NCBI GenBank assembly: GCA_038727515.1
Contig: JAVYVS010000003.1
Coordinates: 1 to 64,000, forward strand
DNA length: 64,000 bases
Source: Candidatus Methanomethylicia archaeon
GTDB taxonomy: Archaea; Thermoproteota; Methanomethylicia; Culexarchaeales; Culexarchaeaceae
Direction: 5' to 3'
In this document: positions 40,107-51,188 of the stretch, in pieces
Layout of the letters: each line of letters starts with the position of its first letter
How positions within the stretch are numbered: the first letter of the stretch is position 1
Translations under genes and position numbers: made by a program
Notes under the pieces: model-generated
What the model was told of the DNA's origin: nothing
Seen by the model: the letters and a program-made list of their open reading frames with translations, nothing else
Databases searched by the model: none

Positions 40107-41192
40107 TTAAAATAAAATTCTATCCAAACTATTTAGAATTTCACACCTATCTTCACGTACTACAACCATATCCTCTAATCTAACACCGCCAAATCCTCTA
40201 ATGTATATACCTGGTTCTATCGTTACTACATTACCAACTGATAGAAGCGAATTATTCCTTGAATTTAAACCAGGCTCTTCATGAACTGCTAATCCAACCC
40301 CATGACCTAAACTATGAGTGAAATACTTTCCATAACCATACTTCTCAATAACCTTCCTAGCAATTTCATCAACTTCAGCTCCAGTAACTTTAGTAGATAT
40401 TTTGCTAATAGCTGCATCCATAGCTTCAATTATAACATCAAAAATCTTCTTAGTAGATTCATTAACAGAATCGAAAACAATAGTTCTAGTAATATCAGAA
40501 CAATATCCATAATACTTAGCGCCAACATCAATAACTATTAAATCCCCACTTTTAATTCGCCTATCAGTTGTGGATCCATGTGGATATGCTGAGCGAGGAC
40601 CAGAAGCTACAATGGTATTAAATGCATATCCTTCTGCACCATATTTCCTCATTGCATACTCAATTTCACCAGCCAATTCAATTTCACTCATATCTTCATG
40701 TATCTTTTCAAGAGCATATTTAATGCTATTTTCAGTAATTCTTAAAGCTCTTCTAATAAGTTCAATTTCTTCAGGGTCTTTAATTGATCTTACTTGTAAT
40801 ACACATTGTGAAAAATCTGTAAATTCAGGGATTTCAAGCCTCTTAGAGAGAGTTGAATATAATTCTATAGTAATATATTGACGTTCTAATGCAACATTCT
40901 TCTTAGGAAATTCATTCAAAATAGAACATATAATATCAGAAAAACTTAGATCGGCTTTCATAGCTATAGTTTTACCAAGCTTAAAAGTTTCATCAGCTTC
41001 ATCAAATTCCAATTCTGGAACCACAAGAACGGGATCGCTATCCGGTCTTAAAATCAGCGCTCTACCCCTTGGAAAACCAGTTAGATAGTAAATATTTAAG
41101 TTATTAAAAACTATTGCAACATCAATACCTCTTTCAATCATTTTCTTCCCAACAATAGACAATCGCTTTTTAAAATGCTTATCTGAAATCAT
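40107..41192 (-). CDS. Xaa-Pro peptidase (M24)
   Basis: YCSDITRT, HSLGHGVGL.VHE, EPGIY, VRLED. Confidence 0.92.
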   Translation of the reverse strand: MISDKHFKKRLSIVGKKMIERGIDVAIVFNNLNIYYLTGFPRGRALILRPDSDPVLVVPELEFDEADETFKLGKTIAMKADLSFSDIICSILNEFPKKNVALERQYITIELYSTLSKRLEIPEFTDFSQCVLQVRSIKDPEEIELIRRALRITENSIKYALEKIHEDMSEIELAGEIEYAMRKYGAEGYAFNTIVASGPRSAYPHGSTTDRRIKSGDLIVIDVGAKYYGYCSDITRTIVFDSVNESTKKIFDVIIEAMDAAISKISTKVTGAEVDEIARKVIEKYGYGKYFTHSLGHGVGLAVHEEPGLNSRNNSLLSVGNVVTIEPGIYIRGFGGVRLEDMVVVREDRCEILNSLDRILF

Positions 41193-41247
41193 TGAAAACC
41201 CAAATACTATTACATGAATATTGTAAATTTAAAGATTGCACCCAATT

Positions 41248-42273
41248 CTAACATATCCTAGGAAGTTGAGAGCCTACTGGAGGTGGAATTACCCTCATAC
41301 CCCCAACTACAGTCTCCATAACAACATAACCTGGATGACTCTCTCTAACTTCACCAATAATATTAGCAGATTCACAACCATTCAAACTACGTATTTTATT
41401 TAGAACTTCATCTGCCATTATTGGATCTACACTTAAAACAGCTCTACCTTCACAAGCTAAATATAATGGATCTAAACCCATCATTTCACAAACAACCTTA
41501 ACTTCAGGTTTAAGTGGTATTTCAGATTCTTGAATATATATTTCAACATTATTCTTTTTAGCCCATACATTTAAAACACCAGCTAATCCTCCTCTAGTAG
41601 GATCTTTAGCTGCATGTATACCTCCAACATTAAGTGCACTCTCTATAACATTGTATATTGGAGCTACATCAGACTTGATATTGCCTATAAATGATAAGCC
41701 TTCTCTAACAGACATTAAAGCTATTTCATGATCACCAATAGTCCCAGTAACGATTATCTTATCACCACATTTAACACCATAATCAGTTATAACACGCCCT
41801 TTATGCACAACTCCTATTCCACACATACCAATTACTATTTTATCCAATTTACCCTTGGGCATAACCTTAAAATCTCCACCAATTATAGCTACATTATTTT
41901 CTGAAGCCACTTTTATCATAGAATCAACTATACGTTCAAGATCAAATATTGGAAATCCTTCTTCAACTATCAAATTATCCATTATAGCAATGGGTTTAGC
42001 ACCCATAACAGCTAAATCATTAATAGTACCGCAAACCGCTAACATCCCAATATCACCACCAGGAAAGAATATTGGATCAACAGTATAACCATCAGAAGTT
42101 ATAATAAATTCAAAATCCCCCATGGGAATAGATGCTCCATCATCGAGATCCTTCAATCCAATACCTCCAAAAACATTATGTAACCTAACCCTATTAACAA
42201 ACAATTTTTCAATAATTTTATCTGTTAATTGACCTCCACTACCATGAAACAATTTTATAAACTCATTCTCCAT
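41248..42273 (-). CDS. hypE: Hydrogenase maturation protein HypE
   Basis: HGSGG, FPGGDIG, GTINDL, DPTRGG, C-terminal PRIC. Confidence 0.95.
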   Translation of the reverse strand: MENEFIKLFHGSGGQLTDKIIEKLFVNRVRLHNVFGGIGLKDLDDGASIPMGDFEFIITSDGYTVDPIFFPGGDIGMLAVCGTINDLAVMGAKPIAIMDNLIVEEGFPIFDLERIVDSMIKVASENNVAIIGGDFKVMPKGKLDKIVIGMCGIGVVHKGRVITDYGVKCGDKIIVTGTIGDHEIALMSVREGLSFIGNIKSDVAPIYNVIESALNVGGIHAAKDPTRGGLAGVLNVWAKKNNVEIYIQESEIPLKPEVKVVCEMMGLDPLYLACEGRAVLSVDPIMADEVLNKIRSLNGCESANIIGEVRESHPGYVVMETVVGGMRVIPPPVGSQLPRIC

Positions 42274-42346
42274 GATATCCCCACATCAAACATAATACTT
42301 AAAAGTATGAAATAAAAATTATCATGATAATCTTTAGGTGGAAGAA

Positions 42347-42745
42347 ATGAGTTACTATCAGGGGAATGATTTAAAAAAGCCCTCTGGAGGTAAGAAGAGA
42401 GCATATAGAGAGAAAAGGAAATATGAACTTGGAAGTCCACCAACATACACCACAATTGGAGATTCAGAAAAAAGAGAAGTTGAAAGAACATTCGGAGGAA
42501 ATAAAAAGGTAAGACTGAAGAAAGCAACTTATGCAAATGTTTTAATAAATGAAAATGGTGAAAGGAAGATTGAAAAATTAAAGATACTAAAAGTAAAGAG
42601 CAATCCAGCAAATCCAGAATACTCAAGAAGAAACATAATAACTAAGGGAGCAATAATAGAGACTCCTAAGGGAGAAGCAAAAGTAACATCAAGACCGGGG
42701 CAGGATGGAATTGTAAATGCTATTCTGATTAAGAGGAAGAGTTGA
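42347..42745 (+). CDS. rps8e: 30S ribosomal protein S8e
   Basis: [23 protein letters not shown]. Confidence 0.95.
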   Translation: MSYYQGNDLKKPSGGKKRAYREKRKYELGSPPTYTTIGDSEKREVERTFGGNKKVRLKKATYANVLINENGERKIEKLKILKVKSNPANPEYSRRNIITKGAIIETPKGEAKVTSRPGQDGIVNAILIKRKS

Positions 42746-42752
42746 AAAATAA

Positions 42753-43085
42753 ATGAGAAAAAGGGGAGAAATAATAGTTATATGGCCCGCATATTTAAAT
42801 GCAAATTTAACTAGAAAAATGGGGAGAAGAATCCCAAAGGAAATAGCGGTACAAAATCCTACAATAGAAGAATTGGAAGAAGCTGTAAAAGAGCTAAAGA
42901 TAAATTATATTGTGGAAAAAGATAAAAAATACCCAAAAACATGGTTTAAGGAAGAAGGAAGAATTTTAGTGGAGAAAAAATGTAAAAAAGGAGAGTTAAT
43001 TAGAAAAATAGCATTAAAAATAAATGAAAAAAGAATAATGAAACGTAGAATCGAAGAAGAGAAGAGAAAAAGAGGTAAAGATTGA
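42753..43085 (+). CDS. srp19: Signal recognition particle 19 kDa protein
   Basis: IWPAYL...TR.MGRRIPK, YPK.W...GRI. Confidence 0.92.
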   Translation: MRKRGEIIVIWPAYLNANLTRKMGRRIPKEIAVQNPTIEELEEAVKELKINYIVEKDKKYPKTWFKEEGRILVEKKCKKGELIRKIALKINEKRIMKRRIEEEKRKRGKD

Positions 43086-43180
43086 TATTAACATTAGTAA
43101 ATATTAAATTTTACTTAAAATCACAATAAACTTATAAGTTTAGTTTTCGTTTAAAAATATGCTGAAACGGAGATGATCAC

Positions 43181-43408
43181 TTGACACACGCAGGTAAAAT
43201 CCTGCGGAAAATAAATGATAAAATGATTTTAGCAAGAGCAGAAAAAGCACCGAAAATAAATGCAAAAGTATACGATTCAAAAGGTAAAATCGTTGGAAGC
43301 GTATATGAAGTGTTTGGACCAGTAAAAAACCCATATATATTGATAAGAATTTTAGAAGGTCAGAAGGCAATCCAAAATAAAAAAGAAACAATATACTTCG
43401 GAGAATAG
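43181..43408 (+). CDS. gar1: H/ACA RNP protein Gar1
   Basis: VG.V.EVFGPVKNPY; directly upstream of tfb. Confidence 0.85.
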   Translation: MTHAGKILRKINDKMILARAEKAPKINAKVYDSKGKIVGSVYEVFGPVKNPYILIRILEGQKAIQNKKETIYFGE

Positions 43409-43418
43409 GTGAGATGAG

Positions 43419-44342
43419 ATGGAGGAAGACGATAAGATGATTAAAACATGCCCAGAATGTGGAAGTATCAATCTAATTAGAGATAGTGAGAGAGCTGAAA
43501 TCACATGTTTAAATTGTGGATTGGTTATAAGTGAGAGGATGACTGATCCAGGGCCGGAATGGAGAGCATTTAATCCAGAACAAAAAGAGAAGAGAACACG
43601 TGTAGGTGCACCCATGACACTTACAATACATGATAAAGGATTATCCACAATAATAGATTGGAGAGATAAAGACATATATGGAAAAGATTTAACTCCTAGA
43701 AAAAGGGCACAGGTATACAGACTTAGAAAATGGCAAAGGCGAGTTAGAATATCAGATGCCACAGAAAGAAATCTCGCTTTTGCATTACAAGAAGTAGAAA
43801 GGATAACTTCACAATTAGGATTACCGAAGAGTGTACATGAAGAAGCAGCATTAATATACAGGAGAGCTGTAGAAGAAAAACTTGTTAGGGGGAGATCAAT
43901 AGAGAGTATGGCTGCAGCATCAGTTTATGCTGCTTGTAGAAGATATAATATCCCAAGAACACTTGATGAAATAACTAAAGTTGCAAGAGTGGGTAAAAAG
44001 GATATAGGAAGAAGTTATAGATTTATGGCTAAAGAATTAATAAAGAAGATAAATCCAACAAGTCCTGTTGAATATATACCGAGATTAGTATCACAACTTG
44101 GATTAGTTGGAGATGTTCAAACATATGCAAAAATGATAGTAGATGTAGCAAAAGATGTTGGTTTAACTTCTGGTAGAGGACCTATAGGTGTTGCGGCAGC
44201 AGCAATATACATATCAAGTGTAATATTGAATGAAAAGAAGACTCAAAGGGAAATAGCAGCAGTAGCTGGTGTAACAGAAGTAACTATAAGGAATAGGTAT
44301 AAAGAATTAACGGAAAAAATATTAATTGATATACCAATATAA
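43419..44342 (+). CDS. tfb: Transcription initiation factor IIB
   Basis: Zn ribbon, GPEWRAF, cyclin repeats, [13 protein letters not shown]. Confidence 0.97.
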   Translation: MEEDDKMIKTCPECGSINLIRDSERAEITCLNCGLVISERMTDPGPEWRAFNPEQKEKRTRVGAPMTLTIHDKGLSTIIDWRDKDIYGKDLTPRKRAQVYRLRKWQRRVRISDATERNLAFALQEVERITSQLGLPKSVHEEAALIYRRAVEEKLVRGRSIESMAAASVYAACRRYNIPRTLDEITKVARVGKKDIGRSYRFMAKELIKKINPTSPVEYIPRLVSQLGLVGDVQTYAKMIVDVAKDVGLTSGRGPIGVAAAAIYISSVILNEKKTQREIAAVAGVTEVTIRNRYKELTEKILIDIPI

Positions 44343-44454
44343 ATCGATCATATAAATTATTTTTATAAAACGATATAACAACATAAAATTAATTTATAGA
44401 GCAAGATATATCATAATCTAGGGAAAATAATCCGTGAAAGGGAAATGATGCAAA

Positions 44455-44844
44455 ATGCCGAAAGTAGTGAAGCTCAGCGAAATGGAGAAGAAAGCTGTAG
44501 AAATAATTACTAAATCTGGGGATGATGGAATACTGCAAAGTGAATTATGGAAAAGGCTTGGAACAGATAGTAGAGAAGGTTCTAGAATAGCTATTAGATT
44601 GGAAAAAAAGGGTGTTATAACTAGAGAGCCAGTGGTATATGATGGTAAGCATACATACAAACTAAAAATCATAAAGAGAGAACCTAAGAGAATATCAATA
44701 TCCAGCGTTAAAATGCTACCATGCTTCTCATGTCCACTACTAATGAAATGCGGTCATGGAGGAGAAATGAATCCAATAATATGCAAAAAATTATCTGAAT
44801 GGATAATACATCAAGTAGAGGAAGAAGCAATTGAGAAAGCATAG
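44455..44844 (+). CDS. TFE beta subunit / RPC34-like winged-helix Fe-S protein
   Basis: GILQSELWK winged helix plus PCFSCP...C......P..C..L..W. Confidence 0.85.
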   Translation: MPKVVKLSEMEKKAVEIITKSGDDGILQSELWKRLGTDSREGSRIAIRLEKKGVITREPVVYDGKHTYKLKIIKREPKRISISSVKMLPCFSCPLLMKCGHGGEMNPIICKKLSEWIIHQVEEEAIEKA

Positions 44845-45451
44845 TAGAATTGATTATTACTACCGTAAAGCTAAGGTTGAAGGATATAGGTCTAGAGCAG
44901 CATATAAACTTAAGGAGATCAATGAAAAATTCAAGGTAATGAAAGAGGGAGATATAGTAATAGATCTTGGAGCTGCACCTGGCGGTTGGATCCAAGTTTC
45001 AAGGGAGATAGTAGGTGAAAAAGGTTTAATAATAGGTGTTGATTTAAATCCAATAATCAAATTTCCATGGGATAATGTAAAAACAATACAGGCAGATGTA
45101 ACAAATCCTGAAATTATAGAAAAGATAAAAGTTATGCTGCCGAAAGGTTATGCAGATGTTGTATTATCAGATTTATCACCAAAAGTATCTGGTATATGGA
45201 GTGTAGACCATGCTAGACAAATATTTTTAACGGAAAAAGCATTAAAGATAGCAATTGAACTATTAAAAGAAGAAGGTATATGCGTATTGAAGGTTTTTCA
45301 AGGACATTTATTAAAAGAGTTTATAAATGAAGTGAAAAGAAATTTTAAAGAAGTTAGATTATTCAAGCCAAAAGCTTCTAGAAAGAGAAGTGCAGAAATA
45401 TACATTATAGCTAAGAAGAAGATTTCACAACATCAAAAATTACCTTTATAG
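44831..45451 (+). CDS. rlmE: 23S rRNA 2'-O-methyltransferase RlmE/FtsJ
   Basis: YRSRAAYKL, DLGAAPGGW, KPKASR..SAE.Y. Confidence 0.93.
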   Translation: MRKHSRIDYYYRKAKVEGYRSRAAYKLKEINEKFKVMKEGDIVIDLGAAPGGWIQVSREIVGEKGLIIGVDLNPIIKFPWDNVKTIQADVTNPEIIEKIKVMLPKGYADVVLSDLSPKVSGIWSVDHARQIFLTEKALKIAIELLKEEGICVLKVFQGHLLKEFINEVKRNFKEVRLFKPKASRKRSAEIYIIAKKKISQHQKLPL

Positions 45452-46583
45452 GAGCATTTGTACGAATGCCCTTAATATGGAAATGAGTTCTAGATGCAAA
45501 GAAACCCATGGACTTAAGACGTTCAATAACTTCATTAACAGGTGGAGAAGAAATTTTAATTCTACGGGAAATTTCATCTAAAACATAAAATGTTGGAGGC
45601 CCTTGAGCTTCATCACATAAAACTTCCAGAAACCTATTTAAAATGGGGTTAACTGCATAATCCTTCAATCCTTTAACAAAATCTAAATCAAAAAGATTGC
45701 CAACCCATAATGGACCTGAAAAACTCATTTTTGAATTACAATTTGGACATGTATGTGGAATATAGGAGGACAAACCTTTAATAATAATTCTATAAAGACA
45801 ATTCTCACAAAAAGCAATATAACCAAGTAACTTAATTGATTCATTAACTTTCTTAATCCCCATATTTAAACGTAAAAACAATCTAATATAATGTGAACGT
45901 GCATAACAAATTAATGGGGTACAAGAAAAATCAAAAGTTGAAACAGTCCTAACTATATACCCTAATAATATTCTTACAGCATTTTCATGCGAAAAATCTG
46001 ATTTAATAGGTACAGCACCATACCTTCTAAGACATGTTAATGGGTATACTCCAAATAACGTTGCAACATCTGTTGCAGTTACACATATAACTCCACCATC
46101 TCTCAATGCAGCAATTGCAGAATGAATATACTTGGCTGGTGAACCAAATGGGTCTATATCAATTACATGAAATCTACTATTGAAATTGGTATTCATATAA
46201 AACATTTTCCTAGCATCTAAACATGAAACTGTATTGGAAATTTTAAAATCATTTAAACTCAAATTCTTCCATATTAATTGTACAGCCACTGGATTCCAAT
46301 CATTAAACCATACGAAATCAACATTTTTAACTTCTAAACCATATCTTATACCACGTACACCAATACCAGAAAGAGCATCACAAATCCTTAAATCCCCATT
46401 AACATAATCCTTAAAACGATTGATTACTAATACTGATAAATCTCTATCAAAAACCATATTTGGATTGTAGAATACAGGAGCATGTGAAGGTTCATTAACT
46501 CCATAATAATCCAGATCTGGAACATAAAGTTTTGCTTTACCTTCAAATGCTAGTTTAAGCTTTAAATTTTCAGGCAAGTCCAT
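45411..46583 (-). CDS. trm1: tRNA (guanine-26-N2)-dimethyltransferase
   Basis: VFYNP.M..DRD, GVRGIRY, DIDPFGSP, GPLW.G, RTHF. Confidence 0.93.
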   Translation of the reverse strand: MDLPENLKLKLAFEGKAKLYVPDLDYYGVNEPSHAPVFYNPNMVFDRDLSVLVINRFKDYVNGDLRICDALSGIGVRGIRYGLEVKNVDFVWFNDWNPVAVQLIWKNLSLNDFKISNTVSCLDARKMFYMNTNFNSRFHVIDIDPFGSPAKYIHSAIAALRDGGVICVTATDVATLFGVYPLTCLRRYGAVPIKSDFSHENAVRILLGYIVRTVSTFDFSCTPLICYARSHYIRLFLRLNMGIKKVNESIKLLGYIAFCENCLYRIIIKGLSSYIPHTCPNCNSKMSFSGPLWVGNLFDLDFVKGLKDYAVNPILNRFLEVLCDEAQGPPTFYVLDEISRRIKISSPPVNEVIERLKSMGFFASRTHFHIKGIRTNAPIKVIFDVVKSSS

Positions 46584-47112
46584 TTTTCAATCCCCCAACT
46601 ATCAATTTAAATATAAGCATTGGAAGGGTATTCCTATTTTCAAACGTTACTTCAAAAATTTGATAATCACCAGAAATAATATTCCTTATGGAGCTTACAA
46701 TCTTCCAATGAACTACTATTAGAAGTGGCTTATTAACATTGTTTGAAATAAAAGATAAAAGATCTAAAACTTTTTTACTCTTTAATTCCATAGGTCCAAT
46801 TTCATCGAAAATTATTACATCAGCATTATTTAATGCATCTTCCAATGCAGGTATAGCTACACTTTCAAACGATTCCAATTGAACAAAATATTTTCCAACA
46901 GTAAATGGTGAACTATATTTCACATGGGCAAGTAAACCCTCTTTACCACTTATCAAATCTAAAACTTTAAATCCAACTCTAACTCCACATTCCCTAATTT
47001 CAGGACAAATAACTCCTCCAACTTTAAACCCTTTATTCCTCAATAGATCTATAACTTTAAGACAAACGGTAGATTTACCAATACCAGGTCTACCAGTGAT
47101 TGCAATAATCAT
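46570..47112 (-). CDS. Nucleoside-triphosphatase (THEP1 family)
   Basis: ITGRPGIGKST, RVGF, DEIGPMEL. Confidence 0.9.
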   Translation of the reverse strand: MIIAITGRPGIGKSTVCLKVIDLLRNKGFKVGGVICPEIRECGVRVGFKVLDLISGKEGLLAHVKYSSPFTVGKYFVQLESFESVAIPALEDALNNADVIIFDEIGPMELKSKKVLDLLSFISNNVNKPLLIVVHWKIVSSIRNIISGDYQIFEVTFENRNTLPMLIFKLIVGGLKNGLA

Positions 47113-47166
47113 TTAAATCAATAAAACTTTTATTAATTATTCTAATAAGTTTAAAGTTGAATTGAA

Positions 47167-47808
47167 ATGTTAATAGCTGGTATAGATGAAGCTGGAAGAG
47201 GTCCTGTAATAGGACCAATGATAATAGCTGGAGTAATGTTTAAAGAAGAAGATTGTATAAAACTTATAGAGATAGGCGTAAAAGATTCAAAAATTCTAAC
47301 TCCAGAAAGAAGACAAAAACTATATCAGAAGATAACGGAATTAAGCGTTAATTGGACATATGAAGTAATAACACCAAAGGAAATAGATCAAGCAGTATTT
47401 TATAGGAAGAGAACTGGAATAGGATTATTGAATAAACTTGAAGCTGAAGTAATGGCGAAAATTATAAACAGATTAAAACCAGACATAGCCTATGTAGATA
47501 GTGCAGATGTAGATGAGGAGAGATTTAAGAGGACGATAATGGAAAAATTAACACAAAAAATTGAGATAATATCAAAACATAAAGCGGATGCTATATACCC
47601 AGTAGTTTCAGCAGCATCAATAGTGGCAAAGGTAAATAGAGATTTTATAATAGATAAAATAAAGGAGAAATATGGAGACATAGGGTCTGGATATCCAAGT
47701 GATCCAAAAACTATAAAATTCATAAAGAAATGTATTGAAAGTGGTGAAATACCTGATTTCATAAGGATGAGCTGGTCTACCATAAAGAGAATTAGGAGAA
47801 CAAATTAG
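47167..47808 (+). CDS. rnhB: Ribonuclease HII
   Basis: GIDEAGRGPVIGP, DSK, SAASIVAKV, GSGYPSD. Confidence 0.95.
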   Translation: MLIAGIDEAGRGPVIGPMIIAGVMFKEEDCIKLIEIGVKDSKILTPERRQKLYQKITELSVNWTYEVITPKEIDQAVFYRKRTGIGLLNKLEAEVMAKIINRLKPDIAYVDSADVDEERFKRTIMEKLTQKIEIISKHKADAIYPVVSAASIVAKVNRDFIIDKIKEKYGDIGSGYPSDPKTIKFIKKCIESGEIPDFIRMSWSTIKRIRRTN

Positions 47809-47814
47809 ATACTA

Positions 47815-48282
47815 TTATTCTTCCTCAATAGGAGTACTAAAAGCAATAATTATTGAAGTGGGAAGTATAGTTTTCAATTTAAATAGTTGAGGTCTATAAA
47901 TCCTAATTGGAAGCGTAATATTTTCAGGTGGAATATCATGTCCAAGAAGTTTCAAGATTGTAAAAGCTTCTACTTTACCTCCCAAAAGCTCATAGATCCC
48001 TCTTCCAAGATCTATCCTTCTAAGAAAGATTATGGGCAACATTAATTTATCATGAAGATCCGATGGTAAAAGATTACATAGTAAGTTTATTTCATTACGA
48101 TCGATAATTATATCTAAACCATTCCTAGACTTGATAGTATATGAATTATTTGAAGCAATATCCTTTAAACTTTTAAATTCAGTTGGTAAGTGATCATTCA
48201 ACTTTTCAATATCAGATTTATATATGAAGTTTAATAGACGATCTATTTTTACATTAACTCTGGACACGTATACCCTCTCCAA
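47815..48282 (-). CDS. DUF61 family protein
   Basis: LNDHLP...KSL, LPII; conserved position next to fibrillarin. Confidence 0.7.
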   Translation of the reverse strand: MERVYVSRVNVKIDRLLNFIYKSDIEKLNDHLPTEFKSLKDIASNNSYTIKSRNGLDIIIDRNEINLLCNLLPSDLHDKLMLPIIFLRRIDLGRGIYELLGGKVEAFTILKLLGHDIPPENITLPIRIYRPQLFKLKTILPTSIIIAFSTPIEEE

Positions 48283-48979
48283 TGTATTTAGCTACAACCA
48301 TTGCATGATCCTTATCATATGGTTCTAAATGTACAATATCAATTATCTCAAATCCTCCATCCTTCAAGTAATTTATTTCACGTTTATATACTTCACTAGG
48401 TTCTAAAGTTACATCAATACTCCTAGCCTTTATTGCAAGCATAGCTAAACCATTTGGCTTTAAAAATAGTTTAGCATTATCAATGAGTATTTTAGCTTGA
48501 TCAGGTTGAGCTACATCACAATACATACCATCAACTATAGGTATCATATTACGATATAAATGTGGAGTACGTGCATCGGAGAGTATGGGTATTATATTAC
48601 GTCTCTTCTCACATAAATTCATAAATTCTCTAAAAGGTCTTGGGGCAATTTCCACACCAAATACATATCCATCTTCACCAATAATATCACTAACATGGCT
48701 AATTGTAGTTCCAGTGGAAGTACCAAGGTATAGTATACTTGAAATTGGCTTTATAGAAATTTCACTAATCCCCTTTAATATTGATGCAGCAAGCTTACTT
48801 CTATATGCATTCCAAATTCTAAATTCTACACCACCATAATTCACCAATTGTTCTCCATAAACTTGAAACCCAGGAGTTAAATTTATTGTTGCAAGTTTCC
48901 TAGAACCATCATCAAATTCACACCAATACACTCCCTTAAACTTCTCATCCTCATAAATAGTTTTTAAACTCATATTCAC
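48254..48979 (-). CDS. flpA: Fibrillarin
   Basis: VYGE, RSKLAA, LYLG..GTT.SHVSD, DVAQPDQ. Confidence 0.95.
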   Translation of the reverse strand: MNMSLKTIYEDEKFKGVYWCEFDDGSRKLATINLTPGFQVYGEQLVNYGGVEFRIWNAYRSKLAASILKGISEISIKPISSILYLGTSTGTTISHVSDIIGEDGYVFGVEIAPRPFREFMNLCEKRRNIIPILSDARTPHLYRNMIPIVDGMYCDVAQPDQAKILIDNAKLFLKPNGLAMLAIKARSIDVTLEPSEVYKREINYLKDGGFEIIDIVHLEPYDKDHAMVVAKYIGEGIRVQS

Positions 48980-50196
48980 CGCCTCTTTTTAACTTTCCTC
49001 TCTTTAATCTCAATACGCTTTTTAGTAGGTTTTGGATACAATTTCTTGATTTCTTCAATTCTCTTATATAAATCCTTTTTCAATTCCTCACCTATATATA
49101 CACCTGAAAAAGCATCAACTTTAGCTGCAATACTAAGTTTACCAGCTAAAGCTCTAGCTATCTTACCCCTCTGCCACTTCGGAGCTCCATGAATTTCTTG
49201 GCATTGAAATATTACACCATGCTTTGGAGGTTTAGTACCAGTGCGTAAAGCTCTAAATAAAGCTTTTTCAGCACCTAAAACTTGAATAGTACTTGATGGT
49301 AATCGAGAAAGTTTATCTAATCCACCAGCTAAAGATATTAGTCTAGCACTTATAAGAGCCCCAACTAAACATTTTAAATTTGGGCAAACATCATCAGCTA
49401 CAGAATCTATGTATCCCTCCAATTCCTCTCTAATATCATATAGTTTAATTATAGTATTAGCAAAATCTTTAATTACAGAAATATCTGAGTCACTTAAATC
49501 AGCACCTAATGAAGACTTTATGGCATTCATGATTTTATCAGCATCATCCCTTGAAACACCTAAACTGATAATCTTGTCTAAAGTGAAATTATTCCTAGAA
49601 CCTATACTTCCAACAATCTTTGCATACAATTTATGATCATCAATTATAGGATTAAGCTCTGGAAAATGAATACTATACCATTCTCTCAATCTATTCGCCA
49701 TTAAATTAACTATTTTAGTAACATCATCAATGGCATTAACTGATTGTGCAAGTAATAAATCTCTCTTTTCCACAGCTTTTCTAAGCTTTCTCCTCGATAT
49801 AACCATGGAGACATCATGTAAAAGATTATAATAATCTTTAATTGTTGAAATGAATTTAAGGGAAACTAAAACTTCTGGAATCATATTTCTAAGCTTCTTA
49901 AAAGTCATATTTTCAGGATCCAAATATAATTCTACTTTTCCATGCACTAATTTCTTAATTGTAGGTATGAGTTTTTCAGAATCTAGAAATATTTTACTAA
50001 TATTTGAGGAAATGATTTTATTACAAATCGATTTTAATTCATCTATAACTTCACCATCCTCTAATTTAAACAATTTATCTACAATATCCTCAATATTACC
50101 AGTGAAAAATTCATGAAGTAAAACTTTCCCTCCACTATTAAATACTATAAAGCCAAATGGGATATCTAAAAAGAAGCCTTCTAAATCAGCCATCAA
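48976..50196 (-). CDS. nop5: C/D RNP protein Nop5
   Basis: REWYSIHFPEL, STIQVLGAEKALF, PKHGVIF, GKIAR. Confidence 0.95.
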   Translation of the reverse strand: MMADLEGFFLDIPFGFIVFNSGGKVLLHEFFTGNIEDIVDKLFKLEDGEVIDELKSICNKIISSNISKIFLDSEKLIPTIKKLVHGKVELYLDPENMTFKKLRNMIPEVLVSLKFISTIKDYYNLLHDVSMVISRRKLRKAVEKRDLLLAQSVNAIDDVTKIVNLMANRLREWYSIHFPELNPIIDDHKLYAKIVGSIGSRNNFTLDKIISLGVSRDDADKIMNAIKSSLGADLSDSDISVIKDFANTIIKLYDIREELEGYIDSVADDVCPNLKCLVGALISARLISLAGGLDKLSRLPSSTIQVLGAEKALFRALRTGTKPPKHGVIFQCQEIHGAPKWQRGKIARALAGKLSIAAKVDAFSGVYIGEELKKDLYKRIEEIKKLYPKPTKKRIEIKERKVKKRR

Positions 50197-50272
50197 TATG
50201 CCACCAACTATTAATGGATATTACACAATAACTTTTAAATGTTTTATACTAAACTATTATGCAAGGGCTTTA

Positions 50273-51184
50273 TTGGGTAAAGTAGATTTAAGTGTTGAAA
50301 TCGCATCAATAAAAATGAGAAATCCATTAATACTTGCTTCTGGAATATTAGGAACTACTGGAGCTCTTTTAAAGAGAGTTGCAATGTCAGGTGCAGGAGC
50401 AGTAACAACAAAATCAGTAAGTAAAAAACCTAGAATGGGATTTCAGAATCCAACAGTGATAAAACTTGAATATGGAATAATAAATGCTATTGGGCTATCA
50501 AATCCAGGTATACAAGAATTTAAAGATGAAATAAAAATAGCAAAGGAGGGAGGAGTTCCAGTTATAGTTTCAGTGTTTGGAGAAGAATTAAATGAATTTG
50601 CAGAAGTAGCATATCAAGCTGAAGAAGCAGGTGCAGACGCTATAGAATTAAATTTATCATGTCCACATGGCCCAAACATACAGTATGGACAGAATCCAGA
50701 ATTAACATACAAAGTTGTAAGCATAGTTAAAAGCACCGTAAAAATACCTGTTTTCGCAAAATTAACACCAGAAGTAACAAACATAGTTGAAATAGGATTA
50801 ATGGCAGAAAAAGCAGGTGCAGATGCTATAACGGCTATAAACACTTTAAGATCGGTTATAATAGATATAAAAACTGCAAAACCCATACTTTCAAACATAT
50901 ATGGTGGATTAAGTGGACAAGCCATAAAGCCAATAGCAATAAGATGTGTATACCAACTATATGATTCACTGTGTATACCAATAATCGGTGTAGGTGGAGT
51001 AATGAATTATGAAGATGCTATAGAATTCATGATGGCAGGTGCAAATGCAGTACAAATAGGATCAGCAATAGCATTCAAAGGATTAGAAGTCTTCAAAGAG
51101 ATAGAAGAGGGGATTGTGAAATTCCTAAGAGAGTATGGTTATAAATCGATAAAGGATATAGTTGGATTAGCCCATAAAAGGTGA
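50273..51184 (+). CDS. pyrD: Dihydroorotate dehydrogenase B catalytic subunit
   Basis: NAIGLSNPG, ELNLSCPH, AINT, GGLSG; start placed at TTG 50273. Confidence 0.93.
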   Translation: MGKVDLSVEIASIKMRNPLILASGILGTTGALLKRVAMSGAGAVTTKSVSKKPRMGFQNPTVIKLEYGIINAIGLSNPGIQEFKDEIKIAKEGGVPVIVSVFGEELNEFAEVAYQAEEAGADAIELNLSCPHGPNIQYGQNPELTYKVVSIVKSTVKIPVFAKLTPEVTNIVEIGLMAEKAGADAITAINTLRSVIIDIKTAKPILSNIYGGLSGQAIKPIAIRCVYQLYDSLCIPIIGVGGVMNYEDAIEFMMAGANAVQIGSAIAFKGLEVFKEIEEGIVKFLREYGYKSIKDIVGLAHKR

Positions 51185-51188
51185 TTGT

